Sequence record: MT661596.1
DNA: 64,000 bases
Reading direction: 5' to 3' (one strand)
Part shown: piece after piece, positions 27,804 to 37,809 of the stretch
Position numbering within the stretch: the stretch's first letter is position 1
How the letters are laid out: the number at the start of each line of letters is the position of its first letter
Notes under the pieces: model-generated
Told to the model about the DNA's origin: nothing
Seen by the model: only the letters and a program-made list of their open reading frames with translations
Database searches by the model: none
Program-made: the position numbers and the translations under genes

Positions 27804-30296
27804 ATGTTCATCAAATACTTGGAACTATACAATTACAAGCGATTAAAGAAAAAAGGTATCAACCGCATTACTTTAACGTTTACTGAAATAGTTCAAATCA
27901 TCATCGGGATGAACGGTGGCGGTAAGTCAAGTTTGATGAGAGAGGCATCTCCGATGCCTCCATCTAACGATGACTACGGTACAGGTGGTTATAAGTTTGT
28001 TGTTGTTGAACATAATAAGTCTACTTATGAACTTCACTCAACAACAGGTTCGCCATCGCGTCACAGTTTCATTAAAGACGGTGAAGAACTCAATGAGTCT
28101 AAAACACTGAATGCACAAAAGATTCTTGTTAGAGACCACTTTGGGTTGACTCAAGAGTTACTTGATATGTTACTGGGTATGGTTTATGGTGTGTCGTTTA
28201 CAACAATGACTCCGGCTAAACGAAGGGAGTGGTTGATGAACCTATATCCTAACGACCTTAGTTTTGGCGCTAAACTTCATAATTATTTTAAAACACAATA
28301 CCGTGACATGAAAGGAGGGATTAAGTTAGGTAGCAAACGTTTGTCGGAACTTGTCTCTCAGAAAGACGCATCTACGACACCAGAGCAAATGGCAGTCCAG
28401 TTATCCGGTATGCAAACAGCTAAGGATAGAATAGCAAGGCTTGTTAACGACAATTTATCACCAAGAAATTACCAACATGATATCGATGAGGGTGTTGGAA
28501 ATATTAAACAATGGGTTAGTGACTACTACGACCAAGTAATTAAGTTTACGGAATCACACACATCCCGTGATGACATCCTTAGCAAGATAGAATACTGTAA
28601 GTCTGAATTAAGTAAGCTTAACTATGCCCATAAAACGCATATGGCTGAATTGGCTGAATTGGCTAAGAATAATGTATTCACCGGTGATAACGTTGAAGAG
28701 GAACGTGAAGCGGCTAAAACTCGGTTATTGGTACTTCAAGAAGAATTGGGTCGGGTTACTGAAAAACAGTTAGAAGCCGGTAAAAGTTTAATTGGTTGTG
28801 ACTTACTGGGTATTGTTGATAGTCTAGAAGCTGATGTCGCTCATCAATTCCATCAAGTAGCTAATGAATTGTTGTCTGTATTGATGGATATGAAAGATAA
28901 TCCAGACCATACTGTATCTATCTCACAGTATGAGAAAGTTCAATCACTCATGTATAACTTAAAGGCTAAGGTCGAACAGTTAGAGAGAGATATTGAAACA
29001 AAGCAGCACAGGCTTAAACATATACAACAGTCAGATAAAACACAATGCCCTTCATGTAAATATGAATGGATTCCTGGTGTTACGCCACAGGCTGTTGATT
29101 CTCTCTCCATGGAGTTAGCAACACTCATTGAGGAACACAAACAGTCTAATGAACGATTAACAAAATGTGTTGATTACATTAGTAAGAACACACCATGGTA
29201 CGAGCAGGCTTGTCGATTTATTCGGTTTACTAGTCAGTACACCGCACTATCCCCCGTGTTTGAATGGATGTTAGCTAATGACGTTTTACACACGGCTCAC
29301 CACGCTATAGCTATGCATATACCGGCTGTATCTAACATGGTTGGTTATAAGTCTTCTTGTGACGCATTAGAGAGTCAAATAGAGCAGGTGTCAAATCGCA
29401 TCAAATTAATGAGTGATGACGCAGCTAAATGGTATCGTGAGAAATACAACAAACATGAACGTGAGCTCAATGCGGTTATAGAAGCGCAAACTGGTATAGA
29501 ACAACGCCTTCGGTTACTAGAATCGGATTTACATGTTTGCGATATGGCATCGACTATGAATGCTAAGTTAGTTAAAGAGCGTGAAGTAGTTTTACGGGCA
29601 AGTGGTAATGCGATGATTCAAGCTGTTACTGAAACAGCAAATAAAGAACACCATTACTTAACTGAAGCGTCTAATAAACTGAATGCCTCTCTTTATGCAG
29701 CTAAATCTCTGGGTGGTGCAATCCAGTCACAAGAAGCGCACATCAATGAAATGAAGTTACAAGAAGAAGCACTTGAGCTACTCGTTAAAGCCACATCACC
29801 AACTGAAGGTGTTGTTGCAGAACAACTCGAACTGTTCATTGCGCATTTTGTTGGTAATATGAACGCGGTTATTTCTGATATTTGGTCGAATAACCTTCGT
29901 ATACACCCATGTACTTTAGAAGATGGTGAATTATCGTTCAAGTTCCCGTTATCGTTTGACGACGATAATGATACAACTAAAGATATTTCTGCAAGTTCTA
30001 CTGGTGAATCACAAATTATCAACTTTGCATTTAGACTTGTCGTGATGGAGTATCTTGGTCTTACCAACTATCCGTTATACATAGACGAAATAGGTGCTAA
30101 CTTTGATGAACGTCATAGACCTAACCTACTTCGTTATATCAAACGTGTATCTGAAAATGGTCAGTATAGCCAACTGTTTGTGATATCTCACTACATCGCA
30201 CAGCATGGTGCATTAACTAATTCAGAAGTCTGCGCATTATCAACTGACGGTGTGGCTTTACCAGAACGATATAACGAACATGTGGAGATTGAATAG
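27804..30296 (+). CDS. sbcC: SbcC/Rad50-like ATPase
   Basis: Walker A GMNGGGKSS, zinc hook CPSC, coiled coils, signature SSTGE, Walker B YIDE, ISH loop. Confidence 0.9.
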   Translation: MFIKYLELYNYKRLKKKGINRITLTFTEIVQIIIGMNGGGKSSLMREASPMPPSNDDYGTGGYKFVVVEHNKSTYELHSTTGSPSRHSFIKDGEELNESKTLNAQKILVRDHFGLTQELLDMLLGMVYGVSFTTMTPAKRREWLMNLYPNDLSFGAKLHNYFKTQYRDMKGGIKLGSKRLSELVSQKDASTTPEQMAVQLSGMQTAKDRIARLVNDNLSPRNYQHDIDEGVGNIKQWVSDYYDQVIKFTESHTSRDDILSKIEYCKSELSKLNYAHKTHMAELAELAKNNVFTGDNVEEEREAAKTRLLVLQEELGRVTEKQLEAGKSLIGCDLLGIVDSLEADVAHQFHQVANELLSVLMDMKDNPDHTVSISQYEKVQSLMYNLKAKVEQLERDIETKQHRLKHIQQSDKTQCPSCKYEWIPGVTPQAVDSLSMELATLIEEHKQSNERLTKCVDYISKNTPWYEQACRFIRFTSQYTALSPVFEWMLANDVLHTAHHAIAMHIPAVSNMVGYKSSCDALESQIEQVSNRIKLMSDDAAKWYREKYNKHERELNAVIEAQTGIEQRLRLLESDLHVCDMASTMNAKLVKEREVVLRASGNAMIQAVTETANKEHHYLTEASNKLNASLYAAKSLGGAIQSQEAHINEMKLQEEALELLVKATSPTEGVVAEQLELFIAHFVGNMNAVISDIWSNNLRIHPCTLEDGELSFKFPLSFDDDNDTTKDISASSTGESQIINFAFRLVVMEYLGLTNYPLYIDEIGANFDERHRPNLLRYIKRVSENGQYSQLFVISHYIAQHGALTNSEVCALSTDGVALPERYNEHVEIE

Positions 30297-30635
30297 ATGG
30301 GTGGATTTGTTTCTATTGGCGGGTTAGTTTATGAACTTTTATCAGAAACAAAGTGGGTCATGATTGGTAAGGAGGATGAGGTTGATGTTGACCTCGTTTC
30401 TCCACCATCAATAGACTTATCTATTAAAGGCAGTTTACTATCTATAAATGATTTACCTAGCAAAGGTAATGTTGGTGATGCTTATTTCTTAAACGATAGT
30501 AAAGCAATAACAGTGACAAGAGCTATATGTGATACAACAATTATTGTTGTGTACAACGGATTTAATTGGGTTAACCCGATAGATGGTGTTCTTGTTGATA
30601 AATTAACTAATTATGTATTCACATGGGAAGCATGA
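30297..30635 (+). CDS. hypothetical protein with DLPSKGNVGDAY...VYNG..W motif
   Basis: 112 aa; motif resembles short repeats seen in fibre/collagen-associated phage proteins. Confidence 0.6.
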   Translation: MGGFVSIGGLVYELLSETKWVMIGKEDEVDVDLVSPPSIDLSIKGSLLSINDLPSKGNVGDAYFLNDSKAITVTRAICDTTIIVVYNGFNWVNPIDGVLVDKLTNYVFTWEA

Positions 30636-31153
30636 TGATGGACAAACAAAAAGATATTGTAGGTTTTACTAACCTACTACGAAAATTAAAACACGGTCGT
30701 GTCATCACACAGAAACAGGGTATTAAGCTTGCATTGGGTTATAACCTGTCTTCTGGTGTGCGTCGTAATTTAATTCGTAAACTAAATCGAGTTATTCGAC
30801 ATAAAGGTAGCGCTATTGATAACCAGATATTTGGGATGATACGCGCTGGTAACAGAATGCCTATCCTTGCTGGTGATTTCGACGGTGATATGTTACCTGG
30901 TCGTTTCGAAGACCCTGCATTGGCATTATCGAAATCAATTGTTGGCTCGGATATAACACCGGCTGACGCTATCCCTGAACACATCCGCACCAATGTGATG
31001 CAGACCGTGATAGAAAAGTTAGATGCACTACCTGATGCCGTCGACAAGCGTGATGTGGTTGTGGTTGGTGGTGTTCTGTACAGACGTGTTAATGACGGGT
31101 GGAAGGTCATTGATAAGCAAGAGTGGTCTCCAGACGCTTATTACTTCCAGTGA
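30632..31153 (+). CDS. hypothetical protein carrying a DFDGD motif
   Basis: ATGA overlap with upstream gene; AGDFDGDML encoded around 30869-30895. Confidence 0.75.
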   Translation: MMMDKQKDIVGFTNLLRKLKHGRVITQKQGIKLALGYNLSSGVRRNLIRKLNRVIRHKGSAIDNQIFGMIRAGNRMPILAGDFDGDMLPGRFEDPALALSKSIVGSDITPADAIPEHIRTNVMQTVIEKLDALPDAVDKRDVVVVGGVLYRRVNDGWKVIDKQEWSPDAYYFQ

Positions 31154-31160
31154 TTTATAT

Positions 31161-31179
31161 ACCTACATTATCCTTATGT
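31161..31179 (+). promoter_or_regulatory. putative early (virion RNAP) promoter
   Basis: ACCTACATTA-TCCT-TATGT; one of five intergenic copies. Confidence 0.75.
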
Positions 31180-31209
31180 GTATAAACATATAAAGAAAAG
31201 GTAATTACC

Positions 31210-31629
31210 ATGGATTTAGAAAGCATTCACAACCCAATGAAATTATTGGGTCTGTTAATTAACTCTGGAAAAAGCAGTAAATCGTACCATGAAGAGATAA
31301 TCCAATTTCAACCCCAATTCCATCTCGGATTGGTTATGTCTGGTTTTGTTTCCGATATGCTCACCCAAACCATCGCTGCTATAAACAGACATGGGTTATA
31401 CATCCCAGCTACTGTTTATGATTACCGTGTTAAAGTGGCATCTGCACGGTTGGTATCGGTTGCTAAAAACCACAAATCATGTAAATTCACATTACTTGAT
31501 AAGTTTGATGTGGTTGATATCCTACTCGGTGCCGACAACGATTTCACACTTAATCTTTTGAACCAATATCAAAAAGATATGGATGTGGCGATACGAGCTC
31601 ATGGTGTTTATGAATTCCATTTTAAGTAA
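31210..31629 (+). CDS. hypothetical protein
   Basis: 139 aa, AAGGT SD, first gene after early motif. Confidence 0.75.
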   Translation: MDLESIHNPMKLLGLLINSGKSSKSYHEEIIQFQPQFHLGLVMSGFVSDMLTQTIAAINRHGLYIPATVYDYRVKVASARLVSVAKNHKSCKFTLLDKFDVVDILLGADNDFTLNLLNQYQKDMDVAIRAHGVYEFHFK

Positions 31630-31645
31630 CCAACCTACCCACTTA

Positions 31646-32017
31646 ATGGCGGTACTTCACGTACCGTCTTTATGCAGTGGTGTGTCAAAATTCCTTGATA
31701 CAAAAGTAGATTACCCTGGTGACATTAACGAGCTTATGTCACTTGTTTGTATTCTGGTGTCTAGTGATGACTGTACACGAGTCAAGCATATACTTAATAT
31801 GTTAAACAACTTAGATGAGAATCCAGAGTATAATGGTATAACTGAGTACCAACTAAGCAAAATAAGCGATATTGAGAACATCGTTGCTGACCTTGCTGTT
31901 GAAATACAAATTCAACTAGCTTGTATAGACCAAAGACTTACCCAACACCCAAATATCAGTATACTAAGAATACTGAATGACTATCAACATGTTTATGTTA
32001 GTATTACACTAACCTAG
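31646..32017 (+). CDS. hypothetical protein
   Basis: in-frame ATG after the upstream stop; start uncertain (track 31583). Confidence 0.6.
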   Translation: MAVLHVPSLCSGVSKFLDTKVDYPGDINELMSLVCILVSSDDCTRVKHILNMLNNLDENPEYNGITEYQLSKISDIENIVADLAVEIQIQLACIDQRLTQHPNISILRILNDYQHVYVSITLT

Positions 32018-32073
32018 GATAAAACGGTAAATGTCACCTTGTTGTCTGAGGTGTCTATAATGAGGAACATCCA

Positions 32074-32835
32074 ATGAATATCAAGTCCGTTAAAGCGTTT
32101 TTATTAACTGCTGTGTTGTTTATGTTAACGTGTACAGCTAACGCAGCCGTTAAAGAAAACTATTTCCAGAAAGACAACTGGAATAAAAACCGTCACGCGG
32201 TCGTTAAAGGGTCTATTGATTCCAACATCGACCCTATGTTAATGATTAGCTTTGCATCTATGGGGACTCGATTTAACGAGTCGGCAAGAACAAAGATACC
32301 CGGAATGACAGCTGGCGGTCTAGGCGATTTCACAAAAGGGACATTTGATAGTATGGTAAAAGAGTACGGTCATAAATACGGACTAACTCTTGCAAACGCT
32401 GACCGATTCAACCCATATCACGCTTCTGTGATGGCGGGTGAGTACATGAACTGGAATAAACGCTATTTAGAACGTAGACTTAAACGTAATATCACAGACG
32501 GTGAAATCTACATGGCGCACTTCTTAGGTGCAGGTGGTGCTAGTCGTGTTCTTAGAGCGCCTAACAACTCACTAATAACTAACCATATATCAGATGCAGC
32601 ACGCACTAATAACCTCAATATGTTTAAACAAAATGGTCGTATTATGACTGTAGGTCAGTTTAAACAATCCATGGAGAATCGCGTTAATGACCACAAACTT
32701 GCTTATGAAAAACCTGCTAAACAATATATAGCACAATACAAAAGAGAGCAGTACGTAAAGGATTTAAGAAATACTGTGCTTGCTAAACTCGATAACTTCA
32801 CTTCAGGTAAACAATTAATTGCCCTTATTAGCTAA
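32074..32835 (+). CDS. secreted lytic transglycosylase-fold protein (phiKZ gp144 catalytic-domain homologue), catalytic Glu replaced
   Basis: Sec signal (..TANA/AV); FASMGTRF, GLGDFTKGTF, KYGL, YMAHFLGAGGA align with gp144 motifs ASIES, GWFQF, YLAHFFGPG as recalled. Confidence 0.82.
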   Translation: MNIKSVKAFLLTAVLFMLTCTANAAVKENYFQKDNWNKNRHAVVKGSIDSNIDPMLMISFASMGTRFNESARTKIPGMTAGGLGDFTKGTFDSMVKEYGHKYGLTLANADRFNPYHASVMAGEYMNWNKRYLERRLKRNITDGEIYMAHFLGAGGASRVLRAPNNSLITNHISDAARTNNLNMFKQNGRIMTVGQFKQSMENRVNDHKLAYEKPAKQYIAQYKREQYVKDLRNTVLAKLDNFTSGKQLIALIS

Positions 32836-32849
32836 CACACACAACCTTC

Positions 32850-32884
32850 TATAGCCTCAGGGGACGCCCTGAGGTTTATGCCGA
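32850..32884 (+). terminator. stem-loop, TTATGCCG family
   Basis: CCTCAGGG-GACG-CCCTGAGG then TTTATGCCG. Confidence 0.7.
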
Positions 32885-32946
32885 TTTATGTATAATCGGA
32901 AATAATAACCCATTTATATAAACTAATAAACAATAAAGGTGTTCGT

Positions 32947-33432
32947 ATGCAAGTTATTGTAGAACATGGTAATCAGTCACTACAAGCATTAAGTGGTTCT
33001 GATAAAGTTATTGTCAGTGACCTTATGGACAAATATCTCCAGGAACTCTGCAGTCACTGGATACTATCTGGGGAACCTTGGTCATGCGTCACACCAGACC
33101 TAATGGCTGAAGCATTAGAATATATGTACAGCGTACCTCAATTCTATTTACTACGTGATAAATTAAGTAATAAACCAGTTGGATTTATTCTTTACAGTGA
33201 GGACATAACACCATCCAACCACCTGATTGTAGACGTGTGTGAATTTTACATACATGACATCTATCGTGGTAAAGGGTATGGTAGACAACTACTTAGTATG
33301 GTTGTTGAGTACGCACGTAAAAGAGGTGCTATTAGTGTCTCGTTGAATTCCGCTGAATCAAATCCAGCCAATCACTTATACAACACAATTGGTTTCAGAC
33401 CAGTATCCACAAGAAAGGTACTCGCCTTATGA
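32947..33432 (+). CDS. GNAT-family acetyltransferase
   Basis: motif A YRGKGYGRQLL, motif B NPANHLYNTIGF. Confidence 0.88.
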   Translation: MQVIVEHGNQSLQALSGSDKVIVSDLMDKYLQELCSHWILSGEPWSCVTPDLMAEALEYMYSVPQFYLLRDKLSNKPVGFILYSEDITPSNHLIVDVCEFYIHDIYRGKGYGRQLLSMVVEYARKRGAISVSLNSAESNPANHLYNTIGFRPVSTRKVLAL

Positions 33433-33893
33433 AGAACATTATAGTTAAATTACCTAGCAGTAAGGATGAAGCCCAAATTTCTGCTATGACCTTACTTAAT
33501 GACGCGGTGTCATTCCTGTCTAAGCGAGACATCTATATTTATACAGACATGAATGAAGTCCACAATAAAGAACATGCCGAGCCGAATACTCGAACTTACT
33601 ACGCTAGAGTCATTGCTGACTTTATAAGACCGATTGATGCTGCATTGTGGAACGACACCACTACAGTGCAAGTTATTGCGGGGATAACTGGTGGTAACCC
33701 GACGCGCGTTACAGTTGGTGATACAACCTACAGAGCCATCTGTATGACATCAGGTGTAGTTTGGATTGACAAGTATCCTAACGGATTATTCACTGGTGAA
33801 AATGCTAACACGTTAACTATAGACACTTCTGTTAGGCGCTCAAGAGAAGTCGCCCTGTTGCTCGCTAGTATCATCAAATCAATTAATAATTAA
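33429..33893 (+). CDS. hypothetical protein
   Basis: 154 aa, ATGA overlap. Confidence 0.75.
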   Translation: MKNIIVKLPSSKDEAQISAMTLLNDAVSFLSKRDIYIYTDMNEVHNKEHAEPNTRTYYARVIADFIRPIDAALWNDTTTVQVIAGITGGNPTRVTVGDTTYRAICMTSGVVWIDKYPNGLFTGENANTLTIDTSVRRSREVALLLASIIKSINN

Positions 33894-33903
33894 GAGAATT
33901 AAA

Positions 33904-34302
33904 ATGACTAATAAGCGTATGGCTGAAATTCGTGCTTTGTTATCAACAAGATTTTTTATCTACAATTATAACTTAAAAGGTTCTTTATTTGATAACGATA
34001 ATAAAGACGACCCTCGTTGGAACTCCGCTTGTAAAGATATTAATAACTTTGTAGCCACTTGGTTAGATGCTAATAACCGAGATGAAAATGAATTCAATAA
34101 ACAATTCGGTAAAGCTCTTTTATGTCGAGTTCATGTTATCCGTGATAACAAAGGTGGCGCTAAACATATCTTTACAGTAACATCAGCAGGTATCATTTGG
34201 CAAACTCCACCGTGTCTTGAAATGCTTAAGTCAGGAACAGATGGGTTTGCTGTACTAAAAGATATCGTTAAACGCCGTTTAAACGAAATGTTCTATAATT
34301 AA
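33904..34302 (+). CDS. hypothetical protein
   Basis: 132 aa, tightly packed. Confidence 0.75.
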   Translation: MTNKRMAEIRALLSTRFFIYNYNLKGSLFDNDNKDDPRWNSACKDINNFVATWLDANNRDENEFNKQFGKALLCRVHVIRDNKGGAKHIFTVTSAGIIWQTPPCLEMLKSGTDGFAVLKDIVKRRLNEMFYN

Positions 34303-34319
34303 TAAACTAGGAATATCAA

Positions 34320-35525
34320 ATGAAAGACAACAAACTAATTATATTACGCCAGAACGAATTCAAAGCTAATGAAGTTACTAAGAAGAATGCGTATATCACA
34401 GACCTTGGTTATGGTTGGTATGCTGCGTGTAGTTATCGGGATTATAGCGATGAAGCTAAAATGCAAATCATCTTAAGTGATGCGGCAAAAGCTTATTTCG
34501 ATGAACTCAAGTTTGAACCTGTCGAGTTCTGGATGTTGTCGAGGCACAGTGAGCTTGACGCCACTGCTATATTGAGTACGTTGACCTATCTAACTAACCA
34601 CAAGACCTTTGATGATTTTGAAGATATCTCAGTGTCGGTTGACCCTGAACGCGTTGTTGTAAAATTAATTACAGACAACTTATGTAGTTGCGGTGACCAA
34701 GAAGAAATGCTTCGCTTTATCAACACCACAATGCTTTACTGTTCTGGTCATCCTAAACACACCGAGTTTAAGAACGGTAAAACAAACACGACTGATGAAC
34801 GCATGGTTATTGCACAACGCCTCATTGGTGTTGATGCGTATGTATCCGCAGCTAACGAATACGGGCTTCACATGCTTGAGGTCTACGACTTAGCAGAGCA
34901 TGGGGGTTCTGTACACGGTGGGTGGTTAACAGGACGTGGTAAACTAATGGCGATGTTAATTAAAGCAGCCATTACCGATTACTATGTTCTACCTATGGGT
35001 GTTGAAGAACAGTTCATGAGACAAAACACAACCGAGCAACGTTTAACGTTAGAAAACTTAATGATGTTAAACATTGGTCGTGAAGACAGTACGCTGTATA
35101 AAGTAGATGGTGGTAATGTTAACTTGATAGTTATTCCAGAAATGGAAGAATTCCTTAAAATACACAGTGAAACTTATGCGGCTTCTGTCGGTGTGACAGT
35201 AGATGAGCTGACTCAAAGTAAGAATGTTGAATTCCATAAGCTCATGGCTAAGTTTAGAGTAGACTTGGTTAATCGTGGTTGGGGTGCTTTAGGCGTTGGT
35301 AAACCATTGTCTGAGCATAACAACATCATTGTGTGGTATCGCCCTGGTGCTGATTTTGCTGAGTTTGTAAGTGGTGTTACAGCTAACTTAAACGGGTTAG
35401 TGGTTGACTTGTATAAAACAGAACCAATGGTTAAATTACATGTTGATACTTTAATGTCAGTTGTTCAGATTGGCACACGTATTGCATCTGAAGCGGTTTC
35501 TAAAATAATGAACGGAGAATCGTAG
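34320..35525 (+). CDS. hypothetical protein
   Basis: 401 aa, AGGA SD. Confidence 0.8.
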   Translation: MKDNKLIILRQNEFKANEVTKKNAYITDLGYGWYAACSYRDYSDEAKMQIILSDAAKAYFDELKFEPVEFWMLSRHSELDATAILSTLTYLTNHKTFDDFEDISVSVDPERVVVKLITDNLCSCGDQEEMLRFINTTMLYCSGHPKHTEFKNGKTNTTDERMVIAQRLIGVDAYVSAANEYGLHMLEVYDLAEHGGSVHGGWLTGRGKLMAMLIKAAITDYYVLPMGVEEQFMRQNTTEQRLTLENLMMLNIGREDSTLYKVDGGNVNLIVIPEMEEFLKIHSETYAASVGVTVDELTQSKNVEFHKLMAKFRVDLVNRGWGALGVGKPLSEHNNIIVWYRPGADFAEFVSGVTANLNGLVVDLYKTEPMVKLHVDTLMSVVQIGTRIASEAVSKIMNGES

Positions 35526-35526
35526 T

Positions 35527-36087
35527 ATGTCTAAAATTAAAAACATTAGTAGTGTTATTATCATGGAAAATAAAGGCGGTTTAATTACCGTTAATCTTAA
35601 TGCGACTCAGGGTGATAAGGCGAGACTGATTGAAGAGGGTCGTGACGCCGGTTTGCACTACGCTAAGTTAACAAGCTTCATGAAACCCAATGCATTCGGT
35701 CAAACATTCATTGTGGATAAAGGTAAGTTGGTTAATGACTTACTTTACTTAGTTGGTAAAGATATTGGTGAGCGCCAACAACCCACTGTCGAAAGCGCTA
35801 AAAGTAGTAGCATCTCTGATTACTTACTTAGAATTGGCACCTTAGATAAAGAACAATCGGCTGGCATAGCAGACACATTCTTTATAGAAACAGAACGAAA
35901 TGCAGATGACGAACTAATTTACCATGTTAGCGCGTTAATACTGTTAGATGTTAATGTGGTCGGTACATCGCCTCTTTACTTTGGTTTAAGGTCTATTTCA
36001 GATTACGAACCACACAAACTACAAAATATTCACAAAGTTGACACAGTTTGTTATTTTGACATAATCCAAGAAAATCCAAATCTGTGA
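35527..36087 (+). CDS. hypothetical protein
   Basis: 186 aa. Confidence 0.75.
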   Translation: MSKIKNISSVIIMENKGGLITVNLNATQGDKARLIEEGRDAGLHYAKLTSFMKPNAFGQTFIVDKGKLVNDLLYLVGKDIGERQQPTVESAKSSSISDYLLRIGTLDKEQSAGIADTFFIETERNADDELIYHVSALILLDVNVVGTSPLYFGLRSISDYEPHKLQNIHKVDTVCYFDIIQENPNL

Positions 36088-36099
36088 TAGTCTGTATTG

Positions 36100-36128
36100 A
36101 GTGGGTATAACAACCCACTTTTTTTTTT
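36100..36128 (+). terminator. intrinsic terminator
   Basis: AGTGGGT-ATAACA-ACCCACT plus long T run. Confidence 0.8.
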
Positions 36129-36147
36129 GTATTGAACTTTCCTTTAC

Positions 36148-36166
36148 ACCTACATTATCAATGTGT
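36148..36166 (+). promoter_or_regulatory. putative early promoter
   Basis: ACCTACATTA-TCAA-TGTGT. Confidence 0.75.
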
Positions 36167-36185
36167 AATAAATAATAACCACTAA

Positions 36186-36407
36186 ATGGAGAACTTTATG
36201 AGCTTAACAAGAGCAGACGGTGTTGCTCTAGAAAGCGATTACGTTACGGAACGTGTGCCACTTGGCCGTGGTTATGTTGATTTATACCACATCCCATCTA
36301 GCTTATATGAAGCTTATAAAAACGCATCAAAAGAAGATATTATTTATACTCCTCTACGAATGGATAAAAATAAACGCCATTGGACTGTGTCATTAAAATC
36401 TAATTAA
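36186..36407 (+). CDS. hypothetical protein
   Basis: 73 aa; the true start may be the second ATG after GGAG. Confidence 0.65.
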   Translation: MENFMSLTRADGVALESDYVTERVPLGRGYVDLYHIPSSLYEAYKNASKEDIIYTPLRMDKNKRHWTVSLKSN

Positions 36408-36420
36408 TAAGGTATACATT

Positions 36421-36777
36421 ATGAGCACTAACTTAACTATCGATGTATTATTACGCCAACCAACTACACAGATGGTTGTATCTCTTGCAGTTAATGATAA
36501 GGTCACCACTATACGTCAAGGCGGTGTCGTTACTTACGGTCAATTCTCTCTCGAATACGCGGGCGATATTCTTCGTCAGCTACGCCCTGGTCTATCCATC
36601 AATAGTAAATTGACCTGCCAATTGAATGATGAGATTTGTGACTTGACATCAAGCGGTCGTTTAAAGAAAGAGATTACAGGTGAACACAAATTCGACATCT
36701 ACACCATTCGATGGGGTTACGGTATCCCGGCGACTAGTTCTATGGATGCTGCTTTACATTACACTAAAAATAATTAA
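36421..36777 (+). CDS. hypothetical protein
   Basis: 118 aa, AAGGT SD. Confidence 0.75.
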   Translation: MSTNLTIDVLLRQPTTQMVVSLAVNDKVTTIRQGGVVTYGQFSLEYAGDILRQLRPGLSINSKLTCQLNDEICDLTSSGRLKKEITGEHKFDIYTIRWGYGIPATSSMDAALHYTKNN

Positions 36778-36791
36778 TGAAATAGGAACCA

Positions 36792-37232
36792 GTGATGAAC
36801 TACACCGATAAAATGAAATTGCGTCTTGAGTTACATCAGTTAGCCGTGGCAGCTCGTGATAAAGCGGTTGCTTATAAAAACTACTTAATTGAGACCAATC
36901 GAAGCAATAACTATAAAGATGCTGTTGATGCTTTGAATGACGCTAAATACATCTTGCTTGTAAAAGACACATACCGTGCCATTAAGAAATCTTTAGAGCC
37001 AACTGATGTAACTTTATCAGTCATCCGTAATAAACACACTCTAAAGTACGATGTAAAAATCATTGATTATAAAAATGGTGAAGTGTCTTGTATTATTGGT
37101 TCTGGTGATAATGAAGTAGAGTGTCATGACTTCTTAACCAGTGATAATATCTTTAATGCATTAACCCATGACGGTAACATGTACAGGTTGATGGTTTCTT
37201 TTATGGAACACACTAATACGGAGAACGTATGA
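36792..37232 (+). CDS. hypothetical protein
   Basis: 146 aa, AGGA SD. Confidence 0.75.
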   Translation: MMNYTDKMKLRLELHQLAVAARDKAVAYKNYLIETNRSNNYKDAVDALNDAKYILLVKDTYRAIKKSLEPTDVTLSVIRNKHTLKYDVKIIDYKNGEVSCIIGSGDNEVECHDFLTSDNIFNALTHDGNMYRLMVSFMEHTNTENV

Positions 37233-37807
37233 TTGATTATAAAGTTATTGACGACATCATTATTGAAACCAACACTAAACTAAGTGCTATTCGACATGTC
37301 GAACCTATAAAGAACACTGACTATAACAATCAGTTTTTCGGTATCGGTCCTGCGTTTGGCCCCTATCAACGCCGTGAGTGGAACTTGGACGGTGCTCATC
37401 GCACTGCGTTCATAACTTGTCGCCCTGGTGACGGTAAAGAATACGCTGTAGCAATTGGTGTGTTTAAAGCCAAACAATTAACTAAAGAAATCGACTCAGC
37501 GTCAGTATTGTTGTTCATCCACGAGAAAGGCACTCGTAACTGTGACGCATGGCCATTATCAGGCTTAGCTGTTATGAGAACGAAAGGTGATACTGTGTTC
37601 GAGGTTAACAGTAGTATTGTGGATGCCAGTCACAACAACATCTACGATACATACTCAGGTATTCGCGAGATGGTAATAAAGGTAGTGTCTGCTGCCGCTA
37701 ACTCGGAAAAGGAAGAAGACTCCAAGTTCTTTACTGTTTTAAAATATGCACTTATTAATAAAGTTAAACACAACATCCGAAGTGATGTTGCTACGAAGGC
37801 TAAGTAA
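37229..37807 (+). CDS. hypothetical protein
   Basis: 192 aa, GGAG SD, ATGA overlap. Confidence 0.75.
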   Translation: MIDYKVIDDIIIETNTKLSAIRHVEPIKNTDYNNQFFGIGPAFGPYQRREWNLDGAHRTAFITCRPGDGKEYAVAIGVFKAKQLTKEIDSASVLLFIHEKGTRNCDAWPLSGLAVMRTKGDTVFEVNSSIVDASHNNIYDTYSGIREMVIKVVSAAANSEKEEDSKFFTVLKYALINKVKHNIRSDVATKAK

Positions 37808-37809
37808 TC

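Noticed and set aside
29693-30067. 124-aa minus-strand ORF inside sbcC
   Set aside because: Antisense to conserved ATPase motifs; the same reasoning applies to the other short nested antisense ORFs in the track
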